From assembly GCF_036321535.1 (NCBI RefSeq), contig NC_087437.1, positions 113,710,001-113,770,000 on the forward strand: a stretch of DNA of 60,000 nucleotides, read 5' to 3'. The stretch comes from Camelus dromedarius. Lineage: Eukaryota. The translations under genes were made by a program, and so were the position numbers. The notes below the pieces were generated by a model. That model was not told where the DNA came from, ran no database searches, and saw nothing but the letters and a program-made list of their open reading frames with translations. This document shows, piece after piece, positions 35,206-48,375 of the stretch; within the stretch, counting starts at the first letter, position 1; the number at the start of each line of letters is the position of its first letter.

Positions 35206-37699
35206 GCTCCACCACCTCTCTCACACCTTGAAGGATGCCAACGGGCAAGCCCAGGGCCGTGAGGATGGGGCATTCTGATTTTCTGGAAAGGTCAATGAGT
35301 GTAGGCTGCTCACTGTGCTCCCCTCCTCCCCAGGATCCATGCAGAACAATTTCAAGGGCATCTTTGAATGTCACCGTGTATGGCCCCCTGGAACAATGGG
35401 TTACTTGAGTGAAATAATCCACTTACTGTCTTATTTGGGACCTCTGTAGACTTTATTTTGATGATATTGGTAAAAATACACTGTAACATTCTGACTTTTA
35501 GCTTCAAAACCATTTTGGCAATTTGGGTCATTGTGATGGGAGTTTGATGTTCTTAGGCAGCAGAGTGATAAGTGATTTCATGTCCTAAGAAGCAAGAAAG
35601 GATTGAGGCTCACAGGCCAGGGGTATATTCTTTCTAGCATTAATATTTGTATTATTGGCTTTCTGTCTTTAAAAATTACTATGTTAAGATAAATATCCCC
35701 TGAATACATATCTACCTGTGGCCCGTTTGCATGGTATAGAAGCCGTGACATCCATCACCTAAAGGATTTGTCCAACAGTCTCCAGGCAAGGACAGGAAAG
35801 TGTGGTATTGTATCCTTTACCTTTGATGTTTTAAATCATGTGTTGTGTTTTATATCCACCAGGTACATTAAAATAAAAATATTTTCAGTGACCCCTTGGA
35901 CTGTTTTGTCCAGTTCAACCAGGGGCATGAATGAGTTCTCTCCCTGAGCCTTTCCCAAGGGTACCCACACAGGGCGGTTAGAATCCATCCTATCGTTGAG
36001 GCTCTCTCAGCAGATTCTATTTTTCCCTCTGAGACAGATGTGCTTTAACTTTACTGGAGAGGTTAATTTGAGTTAGATGCTTAGGAGGCAGGGAAGGGAA
36101 GAGTCTGTATCCATTCATTGGCTCACTCATCCAGGCGCTGGTCCAGCCCCTTCTGTCAAGCTTTTGCTGCGAATGGGCTGTGACAGCACCTCTTTCATTG
36201 GGTCGGTCTTGGGCTCCAGTGCTATTTTCTCACTGGCCTCAAACCCAGCTCTAGATCTAAGGAAACGCATTTCCCAACACTTTGGACAGTGACATCCTGA
36301 GTGCAGAGAAAGCAAGAGGACCATCAATCAGGCTGAAGGTAGGACTCCGAAATATTGTCTTCTCTGACTGCAGTTTAAAATGATCAGACTCCAGGGTTAT
36401 AAACACTGAGAGCCTCTGGTGGGACGGCCTCTTGCCGCAGAGCTTTTAGGCCTGGGAAGAAACGGCTTTTCCTGAAGGCAGGCAGCAAATGGAAACTCTT
36501 CCATAATTCTTAGATGACTCTGCGTTTTGGGGATAAGGATTGGACCCTTGGGGAGTTGTTTAGGCTACACACATTAGCCTATCTGTAGTTTCTGTCTGTC
36601 TGTCTGTCTATCATCCATCTTATTTGAGGTAATTCTTAACATGCATGTAGCTGAGGCAGAGTTACCCTTCTGGTGTATTTTAACCCAGGAGTCATCAGTG
36701 GCTTTTGGTCTTGGAGGATGCTGGTTTATGCTGACACCAATAGTGACCATTTCACCATGAAGAGAGGAAAAGGAAGGGGACTTACATGCATTTCGTCTTC
36801 ATGACACTCAATTTCATCACTCAGAGCTAGTCACCATGCCCACGATGGGCCTATTGAGTAAACTGGTTTTTTACAGATAATTTGTATTTTGGTCTTAGTT
36901 GCAGGTTAAACTATAATATACGAAGGTGTAAAATCAGATGACCACTGGGGTATTTTTCCATCAGACAGATTGCTCTGGCTGCAAATAAATCTCTCTTCTA
37001 TATAGGAATGTAAAAATTTAACTCTATAACGTGATATTAAGAAAAAAATGTAGCCAATATGTTTGGGTTAAATTAAATAGAAAGATGTCCTTGTTATACT
37101 TTTTCTAGTTTTCTCATTGTATTATTATAAAGCAAAAAGGTCGAGAGTCACAAATATTACCTAATTGGCATAGCCTCCTTTCCTGGGGGCTGTCAAAGAG
37201 CTTAATTCAGGGATTAAATCATTCGACCCTACAGGACTCACATGAGGGAAATATTTATTTAGGCCCTTAATCCTTACAGGTCTCAAAGCATAAGAGCAAT
37301 GGCGATGTAAATGATGTCCTTCTTTCCCACGTTCTAAAAGAGCACCATTTACATGCATCATAGGCCGAGCACACGAAGAATGAAAGCACAGATCCCTGGG
37401 TGGTCGATGGCTTACGTTAGGGTTTACAGGAAATCTGTTATTGACTGGTACATACTTCAGTTGTGTTGGGTGGAGTTTTACATAAACTCTCAGAGTTGAA
37501 GTGGAATTGAACATTCACCCGGCCCTCTAGCTTTGCTAAACCAGAGAAAGATGCTTGTGATGCTTTGGTCAGAGTGCAGTGAGGTCACCTCCTATCACAG
37601 ATATTTCATCTCAGTATTGACTCATAGATGCTTCCAGTTAAGTCCAACGCCCAAGTAGTCCTCACAAATTCCATTAAGCCACAACTCCCCATCTTGCTT

Positions 37700-39955
37700 T
37701 ATGGCCTCTCAAAGCTTTATTCTCAATACTCCCACCCTTAGTTTCCTAAAGTACCTCTAGGCCTTTGGTTCCTCCATTTTCTTTCCATCCATCAGGATCC
37801 CCCGACTTGACTTCCCTCCTTCTCTAGACCAGGCTCCTTGGTTTACAGGACGTGTTAGTTTTCACCGGTAATCCCCTCTTCTCTTCATCCTTTTGTCATC
37901 CAGACCCGGCAAAATGCCAGCTGTGGACCCCATCCATCATTGACCTTCTCTGGTCCCAAGCCTGGAAGGCTGAGCACAGCTGGAGGAAATCACTAAGATT
38001 CTTCAACCAGTCACACCAGGAAGCTCGCGTGGCTATTCCAGACCTCCACCTCCTTTCTCCATACCTTTACCCCACTACCTTCCTGAATCACAGGGGATGG
38101 CCTGGCCTCTGAGGACAGCCAGCCCCTCAACTTCATGCCTCGAAGGCCCAGAGGAATGTACCACGTGCACAGATCCACCTTTAATTCCAGCTCCTCGTTT
38201 CAGCTCTGTGACCAGTCCTACCAGCTGTGCCCTGGATTGCACTTGCTCCACTTCCTCGCGACCTTGTGGTCTCAGCCATCTCCCCTCTTGGCTGTATCCT
38301 TACGTATCCTTCTCTTCTAGGTCCTCCTCCTTAGCATAGACGCAAGCTTAAGTCGTTCCTCTGTGTAAGAGCAAACATAGCAATACATAAATTTTTAATT
38401 TCCATTCAACTCTTTTCCTGATATCTTCAATGCCATTAATTTTCACTTCCCTTGCTCCAGACATACTTTCAGGGCATGCCTTGGATCTTGCTATAACCTG
38501 GAATTCTTCTTTCTACGAACACTTGTGCCCGATTACCCCTCTCTCTGCCCACGATATTGTATTATTCTTGCTCTCACACATCCGCACACCTACTATTTAT
38601 GTTCTTTTATCTCTGGGTGGCTCTGTTGGCTCTTAATCCTTTGCTAACCTCACTTTTAGCACTAAGTAGCCTAAGTTTCATGACCCCAGTCTTCAGTCCC
38701 TCCTGTGTCTACATCTTCCATTCCTAGGTGTTCTTATTCTTCCGTCACACTTACTTGGCAAGCCTTGTCCCTGCATCCACACAACCACCTAGCTTTCCTG
38801 CTCCTGGACCACTGGTGGAACTTTGACATCATGTAGATTGTGGTCCTACACATCTGTAGCCTCCAGCTTGAGCTGGGGTGTTAACTCTGCCCAGTTATCA
38901 TTCTACAAATCCCACGATAGCTCTTTCTCTCGTTCCCCTGATGAAAAGGAACTGCTACTTCTCTCCAGTCCTCAACAACCCCTGGGACTATCTCCCTTCT
39001 CCCTCTTAGAGCATGCCATCTCTTTTTAAGTCTCTAAGAAATAAAGACCGCGTGAACCAACACCTTCATATTCTGCCCCAGACACTGATTATAGGTGGAT
39101 CTGTTTTCAGAGCCCTGAAATTGCCATGGGGAAGCTGACGTCCCCCTCTCACAGTTAGTGTCCTCACATGGTCTTCAACTCCTGTCCCCTATCTCCTTCC
39201 CCCAGGGTCTTTCCTTATCAATCGCCTCCTCACTATCTTTACTTTCCAGTGACTTTTGTTCTACTTTCCCTTTCCTTTAAACATATAGTTCTGCTTAAAT
39301 ATCCACCCTCCCCATGTATAAACAGACAAAAATTTAAAATAAGAACAGAGCACACAATTCATCCTTGATCTTATGTTTTCCTATACTGTCCACCTTCCTT
39401 TTTTACTCCCATAATAGGCAAGTTTGGGGGAATAATGGCCTCCTCTGCCTCATCTCATAGACCTTCTAGGGACCTTGTTTCTGTCCCACCACTCCACCAA
39501 AACCATCCTTAAATCACTGGACCTTCTTATCAGCATGCACGATCGTTTTGTAGTTCTCAGCCTCTGTCAGGACTTTGTGGTTGGAAATTCTCTCCAGCCC
39601 AGGTTGCTACAATTGTCACCTCCAGGCTCTCCCTCTTTTTCTGAGCATTTCTTCTCACTCTCCTCTGCAGGTTCCTCCTCCTTTGCTGTCCCTTAAAGCA
39701 TCAGTGTTTCCCAATACAGAGCCCCTGGGAGCATTCTTCAAAAACTCCGTTCTTCTTGGTGAAGAATGAATTCTTCATTCGCCAATGAAGCCCTTAACAC
39801 TATGGCAACTGACCATCCACATGCATAATTTAGGTATTTCTACACTTTCTTTTTCTGGTCTGTGAGCTCCTGGTGAGCAGAGGGGTGGCCTGTGCCTGGT
39901 AGTGGCTTTTTACATGGAAGACGGTAAATACTTGTTTAATTGAATTGAGTTGAGT
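37700..39955 (+). mobile_element. Long, fragmented L2 LINE relic(s) including an endonuclease-domain remnant and a 3' end
   Basis: About 2.2 kb of pyrimidine-rich sequence. ORF 38430-38636 encodes GHALDLAIT...PLSAHDIVLF, resembling the APE motif GHTLDL...SDH. L2-type tail AAATACTTGTTTAATTGAATTGA at ~39926-39950. Confidence 0.7.
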
Positions 39956-41349
39956 TGTTCGCCTTCGTCTCTGTTGTCTGTTTACATTACGTCCCAGCTG
40001 CACTTGCAGAAGGTCCATCTTGTCCTTGTTCTTTCTCTTGTCTCTCCTTTAAGGCCTGAGCATATTTTTCAAACCCCTTCAAAGCACAAGTCTTCCTGAT
40101 GCTATTTCGTACTCGTACTCTCGTTTATATTCATCTTTCTTCTTCTTCTTCTTTTTTTTTTTCGTACAAGTGTTTTTTTTACATCTGACTTTACAAAGAT
40201 TTCCTGTTTGGCCACCTCTTTAGCTACTTCCCCATTTTCTTCCCAGTCAGGATTGTGCTATTAATAAACGCTCCCTGTTCCTTTCAAAGCAACCCAGGAT
40301 TTCATCAAGTCTTAGAATCCCTCTGGTCTTTGCCCTCAACTTTTAGGTCTCTGCCATCTCAAAACCAGGCCATCCGTCTGACGATATCCAGCTCACCCAG
40401 CGTTGGCTGTCACAGGCTCTGGAGTAACCTGTTTTTTTTTTTTTTTCCAGGGCCCCGGCCACTTCCTTGTTGGTTAGAATAGATCCAGAGAAGCGGCTCT
40501 GCATCGCTTCCTCTTTTGGCAAGTCAATTTCTAGCAGATGTCCCTACGGCTCCCCGCACCCAGCCCCCTTCCTCTGCCATCGCCCAGCTCCTCTCCCTGC
40601 ATCTGTGCCTGCTGTTTGATCCTTGCCTGGAAAACATCATGGCTTCCGCCATCTGGATGGGTGGTCCCGGCATATTCCCGTGTTGCCTCTTTCCTTTAAT
40701 CTTCTACCAAACTCCCTCCTGCACAGTCACATCACCCCGGTCCCGTGTTTCACTTCAGGTGCACGGGGCTGACTGCCTTAGCTACTGAACCTGCTTCTCT
40801 TGAACAGACACTTCCTAGACTGTGGTGTCTTCAGCCAGTCAAGGGCCTGCTTCTTTACCTCCCAGGCATGGCAAGTAGTGGCGCTTATCTTCCCATGGCA
40901 AAATCCATTTTACTGTTTTGTTAATTAAATTGTACGCCTGCAATATGATATGTGGACATAGAACACTGATTCTAGGCTTCTTGCAACTTGTTCTAGACTG
41001 AGTTACTTGGTACCCCCTGGTAGTGCTATTTTCTGTGTTCCCACATAAATTTTCCCAGTAATTGTTGGATTTCACCCTTTTTGCAGAACAAATATTTGAT
41101 TATTTTTCTTCTTTTTTTTAAAAAAAATTCAATTTTCAAATTTCAGATTTTCCATTCCATCTTTTTACAGAACAAACTTGTTTGTTATTGTTATTCTTAT
41201 TTGAAATTTTGGGGGCTTATCATGGTGAGATGCAATTTCTAGTCAAGAATTCGTATTTCAGCACAACAATTTCTAATGTGGAAAACCAAATTCTGGTCCG
41301 ACAGCCGCTGTAGCAGGTGTAGTACTGGCGGCTGCAGCAGGAGCAGTTA

Positions 41350-41520
41350 CCATTCAGTCAACAAGCATTTGTTAAGTACCTACTACGTGCCAAGCAGCAT
41401 GCTATTAATTGAGGAGAAAACTGTGAGAACTTCTCAAACTGTCCCTGGCCTCATGGACCCTGCCACCTGGTGAGGGGTACAAATATTAATTAAATATTCA
41501 CTCAAATAAAAATTAACCAT
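41350..41520 (-). mobile_element. L2 3' end
   Basis: CATTCAGTCAACAAGCATTTGTTAAGTACCTACTACGTGCCAAGCA...GTCCCTGGCCTCATGGA. Confidence 0.8.
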
Positions 41521-41689
41521 GCGATACATGCATGGGTGAGACTACTGGTCACCCACCACCTTCCAAATTCTCTCTTGGCCTTCGGTGGTAGAACTCCTGG
41601 GTTAGCTGGACTCGTGGCTGTCCATGCAGAGACACAGAGACTACATTCTCCTTCCAGCAGAGAGAGAGAGTCTTCTATTTGATAGGCCC

Positions 41690-42000
41690 TTATGGAGTAT
41701 ACCCCGAGTGCTAGCTACTCTTCTAGTCTCTTCCATGTAGACTCATTCTGTTCTCCCCTGAACCCTTTTCGGGTACAGACTATTGTTAGCCTCCTTCTAC
41801 AGTTCCATATTCAGTTTAAGGTCACATATCTCTTAAGAGAAGAAGTTGGCTATAATGCAGTATCTTGTAATAACTGTAAATGGAGTGTTACCTTTAAAAA
41901 ATTCTATGAAAATTTTAAAAAAGAGAAAGAGAGAATAAGTTGGGATAGAAATCCAGTCAGTCCGGCTTCAGAGTCAATGCTCTTAATCATGCATTAGGCT
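41690..42000 (-). mobile_element. MIR interrupted by a ~80-bp L1 3' fragment (41850-41929)
   Basis: MIR motifs on both sides. Insert CAGTATCTTGTAATAACTGTAAATGGAG plus A-tail, bounded by AGAGAA(G/T)AAGTTGG at 41836-41849 and 41930-41943. Confidence 0.7.
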
Positions 42001-42069
42001 TCCTGTATAAATATCCTTTGTTGTATTTCTGCGTACACATGATCTTTGCATGTGAATGCAAAGCTGAAA

Positions 42070-42137
42070 GTGTGTGTCTGTGGATATGTCTGTGTGTGTC
42101 TGTGTCTGTGTGTCAATGTGTGTGTCTGTGTGTGTGT
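42070..42137. repeat. Imperfect (TG)n/(TGTC)n microsatellite
   Basis: Read directly from the sequence. Confidence 0.85.
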
Positions 42138-42549
42138 ACAAAGGTCTGTCGTTTCACTCAGATCAACAACAGTCCTTTGATTTCATACTGCACATCTGGT
42201 CCCTCCTCCTCACCCCGTGGGATCAACTCAGTAGACTATGGACATCACTGGATCAAAGGTATAGATGATTCTGGGGAAACTAACTTCAGCCACGGGTTAT
42301 TTGGGTTACTGTGACTATTCAGATTATACACAATCCCAGGAGTCAAAGGACCTTTGACAACTCATCTCATATCTCCAACTGCTCCTGCAAATAGGGGTCT
42401 CGTGCTATTTTAGATATCTGAGGACACACAAAAATCTAAATACAAACCTAACTGTGGTAATTTTAGAAAGACACATTTTTCTTACTGCTGTTCAGTGAAA
42501 CACATGATTCTTCTGAGAATAAATACAGGGGAGAAAAAGTTCTTTTCTA

Positions 42550-42985
42550 CTACCTGGCCCTCACTGGGCGGTCAGCCCTGCTGAGCCGGACTTCGGTGCA
42601 GACTGCGGCGGGGTAACTGCTGGAAGATAAATGGGAGCACATGGCGAGTGCAAGATAAGACCTCGGCAGCCCGAAATAATGTGGACAACAAGGCTCTTCT
42701 AAGCGGTCTTCTGGTCTTCTGAGAAACAGCACTGTTATCATCAGAATTGTTCGCACTTAGTAACAACTTTCCTTGGATAGGGTTTTCAACATGTTTGTTC
42801 TTTTAACCCTGAATTATCTACCAGAGAAGAAATCCTTCCCAAGGCCAGCCAGCGGTGGTTATGTGACTTGTGACCCTCAGAGCAGCTTCCAGCTGTTGTC
42901 AGCGCAGCAGGAAGGAGCCTGTGTCTAGATAACCACCCCCTGGAGCCAGCCCAGCCCTGCCCAGCAGGCCGGGCGAGGGCCATTG
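42550..42985. promoter_or_regulatory. Candidate GATA/E-box/ETS enhancer
   Basis: Five WGATAA sites in about 310 bp, an E-box-N9-GATA composite and ETS CAGGAAG, in CpG-retaining unique DNA. Confidence 0.5.
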
Positions 42986-43044
42986 GCCAAAGCTTGTGGA
43001 AAAACCTACAGTAAGCCTTTCAGAGGTGGGTTAGGTCTAGTGGG

Positions 43045-43250
43045 ATGCTGTGGGGAGAAATTAGGAGGTACAAACTGTTAGGTACAAAATAAATAAGACA
43101 CAAGGTGGTAATGTACAGCACAGAGAACAGAGCCAATCTTTCATAACTTTAAATGGTGTATAATCTATAATGGTACTGAATCACTGTGGTGTACACCTGA
43201 AACTAATGTAATATTATAAATCAACTATACTGTGATAAAAAGCTAAAAAT
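43045..43250 (+). mobile_element. L1MA-like 3' end
   Basis: GAGGTACAAACTGTTAGGTACAAAATAAATAAG...GAATCACTGTGGTGTACACCTGAAACTAATGTAATATTATAAATCAACTATAC. Confidence 0.85.
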
Positions 43251-43799
43251 AATTAAGTAGATTCAGGACATGCAGTTTGCCTCTTTTCCATTTTCTGTCT
43301 CTCCCTTTTAAAGTGTCCATACACAAATGGCCCCTCCACTATCCAGAAGGGGCCTGAAAGTTCTATGGGATATTCTAATTCTAGTCTATTGGGCTCCGAA
43401 TTTGACCCACATGGCGTATTCCAACGTGTAGCTTTAGCTTGCCAAAGGCAGGCCTCATCACAATTTCTCTGTGACTCTCCAAGTTGCCCACGTGCCCATT
43501 ACAGTCAGTATTTTTTTTCAGTAAGTGTTAAAGTAAATGGAAGAAGCTAAGTCCCTCCGCTCCTTGTCATCCCCAGATGAAGGTTTGAGGGCAATCCACA
43601 GACGTCCTGGAGATATTTATAGAGCTACTTTGAGGGACTAAATGTAAATATCAAGCATGGAGAGAGAGAAAAAGTCTGAGCTAACTCTTCCATTTTGATA
43701 ATCAGGAAAGGGTGTGGAGAAGTGTCAGGGCTTTTCAGTGTCTGGACCACATTTTCTTACTTCCGTTTGACTCTTCACTTATTAATTCATTCACAAGCT

Positions 43800-44022
43800 T
43801 TGGAGTCAGGCAGGCCAGGGCGAACCCACCTGATTACACACTTGACGCGTACGGTCGGGCAAGTGTCTGGTGTTGCTAAGCCTCAGTGTCCTATGCCATG
43901 TGAAACTAACCCATTCAGTCTCAGATCTCAGAAATGCTGAGGCGTGTGAGCGAAGAAAATCTGGTAACCGTGTGGATAGAACCAAACATGCTCCGACTTT
44001 ATAAACCAGCAATAGTAATAAT
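43800..44022 (+). mobile_element. Degenerate MIR SINE
   Basis: GCTTTGGAGTCAGGCAGGCCAGGG...GGGCAAGT...CTAAGCCTCAGT. Confidence 0.55.
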
Positions 44023-44059
44023 AATGTGTCACGACACAGAGAACACTGTGAAATTAATC

Positions 44060-44525
44060 AGTGTCTTAATTTGCCAGGGCTGCCCTAGCAAAATTGGTGG
44101 TTTGAAATAACAGAAGTGTGCTCTCTTACAGTTCTGGGGCTCAGGTGTCTGAAAACAAGCATTCAGGGGGCCATGTTCCCTCTGAAGGCTCTAGGAGAGG
44201 GTCCTTTCTTACCTCTTCCTAACGTCTGGGGATTGACAGCACTCCTTGGCATTCCTTGGCTTGTAGCTACATCACTTCAATTTCTGCCTGTGTCATCACA
44301 TGGCCTTCTTCCCTGTGTGTCTCTTCTCTGCACCTGTATGCCCAAATCTCCCTCTCCTTTCTCTTTATAAAGACACCAGTCCTTGCGTTTAGGGCTCTCT
44401 CTGATCCGGTATGACCTCATTTTAACTTGATTATCTGCAAAGACTATTTCCAAACAAGGTCACCTCAGAGGTACTGAGGTCAGGACTTGAATATATATTT
44501 GAGGCGCACAATTCAGTTCACCATA
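44060..44525 (-). mobile_element. MLT1 (MLT1B/C-like) solo LTR
   Basis: TGTCTTAATTTGCCAGGGCTGCC...CCCTCTGAAGGCTCTAGG...TCTGCAAAGACTATTTCCAAACAAGGTCAC...CACAATTCAGTTCACCATAA. Confidence 0.88.
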
Positions 44526-44767
44526 ATCAGGGATCAAAACATTTTTCTCAGAAGTCCCCAGCAGGCATTTCTCCACATCTTGTGGCCAGTTGTGAGTCAC
44601 AGATTCATCCCTCAGCCAAGGGTGTACATTTCATTTGTGGATGTCAAGAGCTTTCTGGTTGGTACCTAGCAAAAATCAGAACTGAAATAATAAGGGAGCA
44701 GAGAAGTCAGGGATGCTTTCCAAACGAGCCCCAGGGTCTGTTACCCAGGGAGACATATTGGGAAGCT

Positions 44768-44833
44768 ATTATATATATATACATACGTATATTATATATA
44801 TTATATATGTATACATAAATAAAATACATATAC
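44768..44833. repeat. Imperfect (TA)n tract
   Basis: Read directly from the sequence. Confidence 0.85.
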
Positions 44834-46684
44834 ATGAGACAAGGGAACTAAAGAAGAAGGCGTACTATATGAGCAAGGTATGCAGAGACAGACTCAGTAT
44901 ATCCTGGAAATTACAATTACAAGCACAAGAGAATCCATGGGCAAGGATGAGAGCCACCCAGACCCTCGGAAATAAGGGGCTGTGATGAACTTGACATTAC
45001 ATGCGTGAGTTGAGGGTGATGTGGAAAAGGTGAGTAATATATATAGAGAGATGTAGGCGCAAATGAAGCCATAATTCTTTCTTTTTTATTTGTAACCTCA
45101 ATCTCCAGCCCCCACGCACCTACTCACCTACTCATCAGCCCGAAGGGGAAAGCATGTTTCCAGCTTCAACCAATCCCCGCTGAGAGCAGCTCTCCAAGAA
45201 AATACCCAGTACGTGTCACGGAGAACGGAAGGCTTCTGGATGACACAGTTGCTTTTGTTTGGAGGACGAATATCAAGAGTGCCTGAGAAATGATGGTGGG
45301 AACCGCTCCACCCTCGCCTTGCCCGCATTTGGACATAGTGTTTTAACCATTCCCAAGGCTCCATCTGCATCTGCCCGAGTCACTGGGGCAGAGATGTCCA
45401 CACTGGATTTTTCTGTGAGTCACTGACTTGGTTGGTCTCCAGCTGGAAGGTGTAAAGGATGGTGTTAGAAGCTGAGATCATCCCTTTGATTCTGGTAACC
45501 TGGTTGGAGATTCTCCACCCTTGGAATCCAGCATGTTCATTTCCAGAAATTGGTAAGGTTGGTAAATTAGTACCTAATCTGTTTCATTCTCAAGTCCCCA
45601 TCATGACAGCTTACATCAAGTTCAAGGAAAAGTTTCCCAAGTCTCCTTGTTTAAAACATACTGTAGGTTTTCCATATTAGCATTGAGAAAAGGTCTATCT
45701 CCATTTCCTTCACGTTTTTTGACTTCTGATTCTCACTCCACATTTTTCAGCCACACTAAACTTTCTACAGAGTTTTCCTGGAGACTGGACCTGTAGGAAA
45801 CAATGCAGAGTAACCCTAGTCATTTTACTGGCCGTGCTCATATCAGGAATTATCCCGTTGACTCAGAGCCCTTGGTAGAATTATCTCCTCGTTTAGTAGG
45901 AGATGAAAGAACACAGAGCCAATTAGCCCCATTTTTCAGGCAAAAAAGCCCAAGGGACAAAGGAGTCTGAAGACTTGACTGGGTTCCCCAACAGTGGGAG
46001 TCCAGTCTAGGGGAAAAATTACTCAGCCTTCCACCTTCTCATATGAAGAGGCAGCCTTTAGCTTTCTTGTGGGTAGACACAAGCATTGAGGAAGATAATT
46101 CAAAAATGTTAAATGATTTAAAATGCACATATATTGAACTGAATTGAGTTCTGGAAAGCACTGAACACCGTATCTGCCACATAGAAGACGATCTATAAAA
46201 TTTAACCTCCTGCCTCCCAATCTTGACCTAAGTGTGGATTTTTTAAATTCATATTTAGATGTAGCACTTTAATACACTCAAGTTTAAACACAATAATCTG
46301 ACACTATGTTTTCTGACCTGAGCCAGAAATGGCTTTCTCCTTATAGCTGGGCTGCGGTGAAACCTTCCTTTGCCCTCTCTGAGCGTTGGCAGTTGGTGTG
46401 CGAGGACAGGTGTCAGCTCACCCCTCTTACCTTCATTCACTGAGAAGATTCTGAATCTGTGTTTAAAACTGTTGTGTGCTTGTGTGCACGAGGAAATAAA
46501 AGTGAACTGAATTGTGAGGAACTGAGTTAATAATTCGTTTCCTCATCAAGGAAGATTGATTCCTGCATTTGCTACAGCTTTCCTTGGGGTCCCTGGTGGG
46601 GCACCTGCACCTCTGCCCTCTCTCCCCAGTGACTGAAGGTTATTATGCTATAGGACCACTAGGCTTCTTTTGAGTTCCAGAGAT

Positions 46685-47069
46685 TGTGATGGGCTGAACT
46701 GTGTCCCCTCAAAACTCATACACTGAAGTCCTAGTACCTCAGAATGTGATCTGAAGACAGGGTTCTTTGCAGAGGTAATCAAGGTAAAATGAAGTCATTA
46801 GGGTGGGTCACAATTCAATATGACTCCTGTCCTTATAAAAAGAGGATATTTAGACACAGAGACATGCAGGGAGGGAAAGTCATGAGACGATACAGGGAGA
46901 AAACGTTCATCAGCAAACCAAGGAGATTGCACTCAGGAAGGACCAACCCTGTTGACAACACCTTCATCTTGGGCATCCAGCCTTCAGAACCGTGAGACGC
47001 TACATCTCTCACTATTTCAGCCACCCAGTCAGTGGCACTTCATTCTGGCCTCCTTAGCAAATTCATACA
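46685..47069 (+). mobile_element. MLT1B-like solo LTR, complete with 5-bp TSD
   Basis: TG...CA termini (TGTGATGGGCTGAACTGTGTCCC ... GCAAATTCATACA). Flanks GAGAT / GAGTT. Confidence 0.88.
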
Positions 47070-47739
47070 GAGTTCGGTGATTCCACTCTGTTTAACTATG
47101 TCATTGCAAATTTAATATTAAGGGATAACTTTTTTGTAAATGTTTGCATGTCTTGATCTTATTGAATGCTGACAACAGTGTGAGACAGGCTCCTTTTCCT
47201 AGTTTCAGGGAGGCTAGACACCACTCCAATTTAAAGGCGAGGAAAGTTAGGCTCACATGGGCCTTGATGAGCCACCCAGGGCAGTGGGATGGATCCGGGT
47301 CATGGACACATGGTCTGCTTCTGAGATTCACGTTCTATCTTCTACTTCCTGCTACCTTGTGAAGGATCATAAGGGCTTAGGTGATCATTATAATCAGCAA
47401 AGACATGCTTAAAAAAACAGAGATCACAGATATTAAGGTATCTGTCCTGGGAACTTACATGAACACTCTGAGCAAAGAAGGTTAGGGCTGACTGTATGGG
47501 CACCGTGCATGAACAGAGGAAATACGCCAGGAATGCTTTCCTTATTGGTGTATCTCATTTGCTTGCTTCTTTGGCTCAATTTGGCTGAAAAGATGATCAT
47601 TGCTGCCAAAAACCGCAAGATGAAGGAAGGCATAGCTCTCTAAGGAAAAAAAAATCTGAGTAAAATACCCCTAATTGGTTCCAAACTGTTAAATGCGCAG
47701 CTCAAGGGAGCACCCTTTAATGCATGAAGACAAGCGTTT

Positions 47740-48375
47740 ACTGCCCTCGCGATGGGGAGACAGTGGCACACACACTGCTTGGAAGGGTTGTGGGTTGATA
47801 GAATCTTCTAGAAGGCAATTTAGCAGCTTGTCTCAAAAACCTCCAGTCCCTGACCCCATAATTCTACTTCTAGGCATTTAACCTGCCAACACAGTTCTGT
47901 CAAAGACGGAGGAAGTGTGTGTATAAGAATGTTCTCAGCAGCTCAGGTAACCAGCACAGGGGGCAGGAGAGGAATGTGCAGGGGGGATGGAGAGCTGGTC
48001 TCGGGGGTCACTGGGCAGCCCGGCAGCTACCACTGAGGGCTGCAGACCTGGGATTGATTCTCATGCAATCATGGTGACAGTTAGTGTGATAAGTGTATGT
48101 CTAATAATACGCAAAGATGTCCATGATACAGGTTAAATAAACATTTAAAAAATATTATGCTAAAAGTGTATATGGTCTGATCTTTTATACATGTATGTGT
48201 ACATACATGTGCCTGCACACTGATGAGGGGCGGTGGGACTCGAATGATGTACCAAATGCCAACTATGGTTATCTTTAGGTCATGGAATCGTGGAAGATAT
48301 GATCTTCCCTTTTGCTTTGCTTACACATCATTTTGGAAATTCCTACAGCATACATTTATTAATTTAGTAATAAAA
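47740..48375 (+). mobile_element. Old L1ME-like fragments
   Basis: GACCCCATAATTCTACTTCTAGGCATTTA...AAGAATGTTC...AAAGATGTCCATGATA...ACTATGGTTATCTTTAGG. Confidence 0.6.
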
